NCBI GenBank assembly: GCA_965226495.1
Contig: OZ245365.1
Span: forward strand, 288,001-352,000
Direction of reading: 5' to 3'
Length of the DNA stretch: 64,000 bases
Source: Candidatus Marinacidobacterales bacterium
GTDB taxonomy: Bacteria > Acidobacteriota > Vicinamibacteria > Marinacidobacterales > DATDRI01
The notes beneath the pieces were generated by a model that did not search any database, was not told where the DNA came from, and saw nothing but the letters and a program-made list of their open reading frames with translations. This document shows positions 58,348 through 64,000 of this stretch, piece by piece (position 1 is the stretch's first letter; each line of letters opens with the position of its first letter). The position numbers and the translations under genes were made by a program.

Positions 58348-59259
58348 TCAAGGTTTGACGGCGACGCTCGTCAATCCGTCCCCGAGCCTCAGTACGTCTG
58401 CAGCCCACATGACCGCGCTCGTACCAAACCGTTCTAGCGACTCCGTTGCATTCCGCGGTTTTGGCAGGCAGTTCCTGCCCTGGAAGACGTTGATGGTGAC
58501 GTCGGTGAAGCCGCAACGACTCAACATAGTTTCGAGGCTCTTTGGGGAAAAACCAAACACATGGCCCGGCGAGAATGTTGGCGACAGATTGACTACCCAG
58601 TCACGACCGCGGATCCTTTGCCAAAAATTGCCGACGCGGTAGTAGAGTCCTCTCTCATTCGGCACTTCCAGCAACAGCAAGCCACGTGGCCGGAGCGCCC
58701 TAAAGATCTTCGAAAGCACTTGGCAAGGGTCGAGTAGATGTTCGAGAATGGCGTTCAAAAAGACAATGTCAAACGAGTTTGCCTCCAAGTCGACCGTGGC
58801 AATGTCGCCAACGTCGACGCGCACCCCCAAGTTCTCTAGGGCGTATTTTGCAAACTGTTCGGAGATGTCGAGGCCGACGGCCTCCCAACCGCGGTGACGG
58901 GCCACCTCTAAGAGAACACCCTGTCCGCAACCGACGTCGAGGAGGCTGCGGCCTTCGGTTCGGTGCTCTAGGTCGGCCAAGCTAGTCGCGGCGGCTCTGC
59001 GCTTTACCTCGATGTCGTGATGCCTGAAGTATTCCTCCGCAGCCGTGTTGTACAGCAGGGAAGGGTCCTTGGGAATGGGCATGGGATTTGCGAAGATCAG
59101 ACTGCATTCCTCACAGGTAACCACGCGTGTTAAGATCCCTTCGCCGGAACGGTGGGCCTTGCCACCGCGGAAACTGATCTGACGCTGCCTAGCGCTCTCG
59201 CAGGCATTACAGCGCGGCATGTTACGGAACTGGAATTGTTCGTAGGCGACCTGCGTCAT
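58348..59259 (-). CDS. Class I SAM-dependent methyltransferase
   Basis: CxxC pairs, LLDVGCGQG, ILEHL.DP and EVPN. Confidence 0.9.
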   Translation of the reverse strand: MTQVAYEQFQFRNMPRCNACESARQRQISFRGGKAHRSGEGILTRVVTCEECSLIFANPMPIPKDPSLLYNTAAEEYFRHHDIEVKRRAAATSLADLEHRTEGRSLLDVGCGQGVLLEVARHRGWEAVGLDISEQFAKYALENLGVRVDVGDIATVDLEANSFDIVFLNAILEHLLDPCQVLSKIFRALRPRGLLLLEVPNERGLYYRVGNFWQRIRGRDWVVNLSPTFSPGHVFGFSPKSLETMLSRCGFTDVTINVFQGRNCLPKPRNATESLERFGTSAVMWAADVLRLGDGLTSVAVKP

Positions 59260-59432
59260 CGTGTTCCTCGGCTGACGGCGAGACGAGCGAGTGCATCCAA
59301 TCTCGCTGCGAACATGCGCATTGATGAGCCGAAGGGGGTCTCGATAATTACCTCCGGTTGGACCTTTTTGTTTGACTTTAGAGGCATTGTAACACACGGA
59401 GTGAGGCTAACAAAACGTTCCGTCACTGATGG

Positions 59433-61526
59433 TTACGGCGGGGTTGTCTCGGTTAGATAGCGTTCGAGCGCTGTTTCGGCGTCCGACCCATCACCCGCCG
59501 CCCCGCGGAGAATCGCAGGGTCGTCGTCGACATAAGGTCCAATCGTTGACACCGCTTCATAGGGAGATATGCCAGGAACCATGTTCCTCCCTTTCTCCAG
59601 TTGCTCTAGAGCGTCCTCTACCCGACCCCGGGAGGCGAGATAGAGCGCGTAGTTGACTCTCAGCTGGCTCCACGTTGGCTCCAAGTGAAGCGCGTGCTCG
59701 AAAAGCGGGCTCGCGACATCGTCGTTGAGAAGATTGGCCTGGGTCCATGCCAGCTCGAACCAGTAGCGACCTCGGGCCGGTGCACGACGCACAGCCTCAT
59801 CGAATGAATCTCGTGCCTGGGTAAATCGGATCTCTCGGTACCGATCCGAGTTCGGCGAGCGATAGGCTTCCTCGTTGTAGAGCGATCCTCGTTTGAAGGC
59901 CGTTTCGGGATTACCTTTCGCAAAATCCCGCGAAGCATTCAACTGGCCCGCGAGATCGGCGAAGGCCTTCGGTTCAGCACGCGATGGATTTACTGTGAGG
60001 ATGGCGTTGCGGGAGAAACCGATTGCTAGCGTCGCGGTCGCCGCGGCAACCGAGCACAGCACGACCAGGACGGCAGCTCCCCAGCGGAGCGATGAACCAG
60101 CTGGTTGCGAGGCATCGCGAGGATGAGAGCCCGCGATCATCCCCAGAACCGCGGCGAAGAGGAAGCCATTCGAAGGAATATGGGAATTGAAATCGAAGAT
60201 CCCGTGGACAAGTAGAGCCACAGCGGCCGCCATCGCGCCGAAGAGAATCCCCTGGCTCCCGCTCGATGGTTCCTCGTCTTCCAATCTTTCTCGAGCCCGC
60301 CGGATCGCCACCCAGAGGAAGCCGAGCACGATGGCGAGCCCGGCGACGCCGGTTTCGCAAGCGAGCTGCACCAGGTCGCTCTCCGCGAACTCCGCGCGAG
60401 TTTCATTCATTCCCGTGCGATAAGGCGGGATCGCAGCCGCATAGGTTCCGAGTCCGGTTCCAAAGAGGGGCGAGCGTAGAGCGAGGTGTATTGAATCGGA
60501 CCACAGCTGCAATCGAAATTGCATTGAAACGTCTTGCGAGCCCCGACCTATGGATCCGATTCGCTCGAAAACGCTGGTCGGCGCCGCAAAGAGCAACAAG
60601 AGTGTAATGGCTCCCGCCCAAATGGCCAGTACCGAAACTCGGGTCCGTGCCTTCCCTCGTAATGCCAGAATGCCTAAAACAACCGCGCCGGCTCCTGCTG
60701 CCAAGAAGCCGCCTCGCGAGTGGGAGAGGACTATCGCCACTCCCATAAAGAGTGCCGATCCGCCAAGCAGTATCGAAACCGTCTGGCTGCGACGCCCCAG
60801 GTGTCCGATCGCACCGCCAAGAGCAACTAAAGCGCACATTTCTACGAAACCGGCGAAGTGGTTGTGATTCACGAACGGGCCGAACGGGTTGGCGGAAGGT
60901 ACGGGGTAGCGACCGTAAAGCACGGTCCCCCAACGTGCGTGCTGGTAGACGGCGAATAGGCTAAGCGCAACGCCCAAGGCAGCCACGGTGTATCCGAACA
61001 GCCGGATGTCGCGACGGTGAACGAAGAGATGGCTGAATAGAAAGAAAGCGGTGACCAGCGCACCGAGTCGCAGTAGCTCGCCCTGGGTGGCGAACGTCTC
61101 GATGGAAACGGCGCGCCAGCCAGTGCCGACAATTTGCTCAGCATGGGCAATGCCCGGGAAGTGAATCGCCGCGGAGGCCGGTGCGAGAATCTTGAGAAGG
61201 CCGGGCGCCAATGGAAGCAGCTGGAACAGACCAAGCAATACCGCGAGACCGAGCCAGCGATGAGCGGGCCAACGGAAGTACACTCCGCGCTCTCTTATTA
61301 AGAGGTTGCAGACCCAAACCCCAAAGAGCAGGTAGAGCGCCGCGCTCAGGAACGCCGAGGGCAATGGTGTCGCCGAGCCGAATGGCCAAGGGGCAGCAAC
61401 CAGCAGGAGTAGAAGTGAGAGACGAATCACCCAGCCGAGCTTCCCCTCGTCGAGCGCGGCAGCCGCCGATTCGTTCTCGTTCCGTGTCTTGGCGGGGGGC
61501 GGGAAGTCGGAGACGTTCATAACCAT
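59433..61526 (-). CDS. O-antigen ligase family protein with C-terminal TPR
   Basis: GPFVNHNHFAG, SHSRGG, R..LW, GTGLG and AESD..Q..CETG (E in place of the usual H). Confidence 0.85.
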   Translation of the reverse strand: MVMNVSDFPPPAKTRNENESAAAALDEGKLGWVIRLSLLLLLVAAPWPFGSATPLPSAFLSAALYLLFGVWVCNLLIRERGVYFRWPAHRWLGLAVLLGLFQLLPLAPGLLKILAPASAAIHFPGIAHAEQIVGTGWRAVSIETFATQGELLRLGALVTAFFLFSHLFVHRRDIRLFGYTVAALGVALSLFAVYQHARWGTVLYGRYPVPSANPFGPFVNHNHFAGFVEMCALVALGGAIGHLGRRSQTVSILLGGSALFMGVAIVLSHSRGGFLAAGAGAVVLGILALRGKARTRVSVLAIWAGAITLLLLFAAPTSVFERIGSIGRGSQDVSMQFRLQLWSDSIHLALRSPLFGTGLGTYAAAIPPYRTGMNETRAEFAESDLVQLACETGVAGLAIVLGFLWVAIRRARERLEDEEPSSGSQGILFGAMAAAVALLVHGIFDFNSHIPSNGFLFAAVLGMIAGSHPRDASQPAGSSLRWGAAVLVVLCSVAAATATLAIGFSRNAILTVNPSRAEPKAFADLAGQLNASRDFAKGNPETAFKRGSLYNEEAYRSPNSDRYREIRFTQARDSFDEAVRRAPARGRYWFELAWTQANLLNDDVASPLFEHALHLEPTWSQLRVNYALYLASRGRVEDALEQLEKGRNMVPGISPYEAVSTIGPYVDDDPAILRGAAGDGSDAETALERYLTETTPP

Positions 61527-62354
61527 TCAGGCCTTAAACCCGACCGCGCACCAATAGGGTTCCGTATCGGCCAAGCGAACTTCGGTGAGCCCCGCGGCTT
61601 CCATCATTTCTCGGATCTGAGACGCGCTAAACCTCTGTTCGAGCGGTGTGCCAAAGCGGTCTCGGGAGTCCGTTCGCATGGTGTAAAGGCTGCGATTCCG
61701 ATAACTAGCTAGGGGGAAGTTCGAAACCCGCCCCCCAAAGAATTCCGCGGCTTTGGCGAAACGGGCCAAGGGCCAATAAACCGTGAGGGCTATGGTGTCG
61801 CAAACTATGTTTTTGGGCTTCTCGGGTAGAGCAGCTACCAGGTGTCTTATGCCGTTGGATGCTCGCCAGAGTGATCGAAACCACCAGGGCCGGTTGTCCA
61901 TCGCGTAGTACAAGTAGACGAGGAAAGGGGCTCCTTTCTTAAGCACCCTTGCGCACGCTGCGAGCGAAGCTTCGGTGTCGGGGACATGATGAAGAACTCC
62001 AAGGGAATAGCCAAAATCCATTGAATTCTCTGCGAACGGAAGGTTCATCACCGAGCATTGGTGGAAAACAGAATTCTTGAACGGCTGGAGATTGCGTTTG
62101 GCTACCTCGAGCGCCTCTGGGCTCGCGTCCACGCAATTCAGCACACCCACTCGGGGGGCGACGAAGCGGGCCCAACGGCCGGAACCACAACCCGCATCGA
62201 AACCCTTCGCTTCGGGGGGGATGCGTTGCCAAGGAAACAGTCGGAAATACTGCTCGAAAATGGAGCTCAGTTCGGCTTCCTGCACCTCGGACTGATCAAA
62301 GCGAGACCATTCCCTTCCAAACGATTGAACGGTCCGTTCGTCTAGATTGCTCAT
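61527..62354 (-). CDS. Class I SAM-dependent methyltransferase
   Basis: FG.EW..F, DAGCGSGRW, SLGVLHH and DRFGTPLE; start 62354 or 62384. Confidence 0.9.
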   Translation of the reverse strand: MSNLDERTVQSFGREWSRFDQSEVQEAELSSIFEQYFRLFPWQRIPPEAKGFDAGCGSGRWARFVAPRVGVLNCVDASPEALEVAKRNLQPFKNSVFHQCSVMNLPFAENSMDFGYSLGVLHHVPDTEASLAACARVLKKGAPFLVYLYYAMDNRPWWFRSLWRASNGIRHLVAALPEKPKNIVCDTIALTVYWPLARFAKAAEFFGGRVSNFPLASYRNRSLYTMRTDSRDRFGTPLEQRFSASQIREMMEAAGLTEVRLADTEPYWCAVGFKA

Positions 62355-62691
62355 GTAGATCGCTGACGATGGAGCAACGCGCATCCTGGCCTCACATCAG
62401 TGGGCCATTCTCACGCTTCTATTTAGTTGGCTGCGGGAGGATCAGTATCTCATTCAGATCATACCATAAATCCCTTAACTACACGCCTTTGGCGCACTCC
62501 TCCACTGTGGGGAAAGAATAGCCGTTGGTAGGGGAACCCCCTCAAAAAAAGGGGGTTAGAGGTGGTCAAAACGTCGACTTTTGCGGTTAGGGGTGGGTAA
62601 CTCCCCCCGAACAAAATCGTTCGCCGACGCTCGTACCCCGATCTAACTGCGCCGCCGACACTTAGCGCTGCTGCCCACGGCCTAACGAGCC

Positions 62692-62707
62692 TGGCAGGCC
62701 TTTTGCT
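62692..62707 (+). promoter_or_regulatory. Sigma54 promoter with no downstream protein gene
   Basis: TGGCAGGCCTTTTGCT, preceded by palindromic sites at 62528 and 62593. Confidence 0.6.
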
Positions 62708-62717
62708 ATTAGAGAGA

Positions 62718-62975
62718 ATTGAAACACGGCTTTCGGCTCGAACGAAAGAAAGAAAACCGAGCCACTTGAGCCACTTGAGTTTGATTAGCCGCCGTGCTGA
62801 TGGTGGTTTCCGAAGCAGCAAGGCACTGCAACGGAATTTAAATCACCTGAGGCGGCACCCCCGCGTGGCGGGGTCGGAGTGGATGTGAGGTCGATTCCGG
62901 TAACGGTTCCGGGCTTCGGTAATTCGCGTCCAGGTTGGGGCTTCGACCCTGCCCGCACCCTTTGTTTCTGTTTCC
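62718..62975 (+). ncRNA. Candidate structured sRNA (~255 nt)
   Basis: Three nested stem domains with G-U pairs on the plus strand, A-rich loop and U-rich tail. Confidence 0.55.
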
Positions 62976-63002
62976 TCTACCTTGTGACCACTGCCCCGGT
63001 GG

Positions 63003-63400
63003 TCAACGAGCAGCCTGCCAAGTGTCCACGCACCCCTTGTAATTTTCCGCGATGGCTTCGATCGCCGCGGACTCTTGCTTGGGATCTTCGAGAAAACGCT
63101 TGAGGGGAGCGCTGAAGTTGGTGCGGCCGACGGCGAACCCGATGAAGCCGGGAACCGGTGAAGCGACCTGTAGCCACTTGTGGACTTGCTCTTGTCGGAG
63201 CCGCGCCCCAGGATGATGCAACCGACTCTCTTGCGCGCCTCACCGACGCGCGCTTGTTCCGAGACCGCCTCCGCCTGCTCGCGCCGGTCCAGACCTTCCA
63301 CCTTCCAGATGTCCGGCTCGACGCCGTAGTCTTGCAACACCTTCACCGCTTCGACCATGTGGTCGGGGCGGAGCTCGGAATCGTAACGGTCCCCTGCGTT
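63003..63400 (-). pseudogene. 5'-truncated, frameshifted DUF2090 (IolC-associated aldolase-like) fragment
   Basis: YD.ELRP, GVEPDIWKVEG and IILGRG, then GFIGFAVGRT in another frame. Confidence 0.8.
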
Positions 63401-63438
63401 CTTGAACGGTTCTTGGGGGAACGAAAAAAGGCGGAGGA

Positions 63439-63740
63439 TTAATGCAAGTCCGACTCTGGTTTCAAGTAAACGATAGCGTAAGCAAAGGGGTTTTCTCTCT
63501 CGGCCAGCGCTTCGATAGCTCGTATTATGTCCCCGTCGGTCATACGAGGGAGTCTCTCATCAATCGTGACGAAGACTCAATTTGCTTTCGCGGCGTGCTC
63601 GAATAGCACCTCGTCTTGCGTTCTCTCGGGGAAAGCATCGATAGCCCGCTCGACATCCCAAATCCTCGGCAGATCAAACCATCGACTATTTGCTGACGGA
63701 GACAGGCGTCGCTGAACAGCGGAAACCAGTTGGGCACTAG
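63439..63740 (-). pseudogene. DUF5615 PIN-like toxin pseudogene
   Basis: GL..RG/WDVERA...DEVLFEHA, then an in-frame TGA before VFVTID; frameshift. Confidence 0.65.
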
Positions 63741-64000
63741 CGGGCAGCTCGGCGCTTCAAGTATTCGGCCCGCTTCCGTTCGTGCTCTTCTTCCGCTTTG
63801 TCTTCTTCGGCAAAGGAGGCTTCAATTTCCTCCGTATGGTCGTAGTAGTAGGCCAGAGCCGCGTAGACTTGGGCCAGGCTCAATGGGGCTGCGAACACAT
63901 TGAGCATTTTCTCAGGACTATGCCTTCCTCGTGCAGACAGACGCGATGTCCTTGACGCTGATGCGAGTTCCGTCAATACAAGCCTTGCCGCCGCAGACGC
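63737..64000 (-). pseudogene. DUF433 antitoxin-like gene, frameshifted, partial at window edge
   Basis: VCGGKACIDGTRI.V and LSLAQVYAALAYYYDH..EI lie in different frames. Confidence 0.75.

Noticed and set aside
62805-62825. SRP RNA (GAAGCAGC)
   Set aside because: The CAGG...GGAAGG domain IV context is missing

Overview
GC-rich bacterial chromosomal window, plausibly Acidobacteriota (inferred from gene content and repeat style; not proven). The left ~23 kb is housekeeping: CoA-binding protein, a hypothetical gene pair, HDAC, a degenerate orphan MreB-like protein, pyrK-pyrD-pyrF, pal, panB-panE-panC-coaX with a likely pan RNA leader, a degenerate sigma54 activator, pdxR-pdxS-pdxT, GAF/HD-GYP, EamA and a 2-oxoacid:ferredoxin oxidoreductase. 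The right ~40 kb is a cell-surface glycan region: a GlrR-like sigma54 activator, an S26 peptidase plus nucleotidyltransferase, a FecR protein, an SLH/CBM-like secreted protein, WecA, an OM barrel, Wza and Wzc (these three each with one frameshift), glycosyltransferases, AsnB, Wzx, Wzy-like, two O-antigen-ligase-like proteins, methyltransferases and a sulfatase-fold protein. The window holds nine candidate sigma54 promoters (eight in the glycan region), IHF sites and a recurring 16-bp palindrome. The most notable unannotated signals are a sigma54-driven, highly structured ~255-nt RNA candidate (62718-62975), a ~590-nt hairpin-dense RNA candidate beside a perfect 46-bp direct repeat (30133-30905), a covarying dispersed hairpin repeat, and the motif-degenerate MreB paralogue. 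No rRNA, tRNA, CRISPR-Cas or transposase was seen. All calls come from manual motif reading without database searches.
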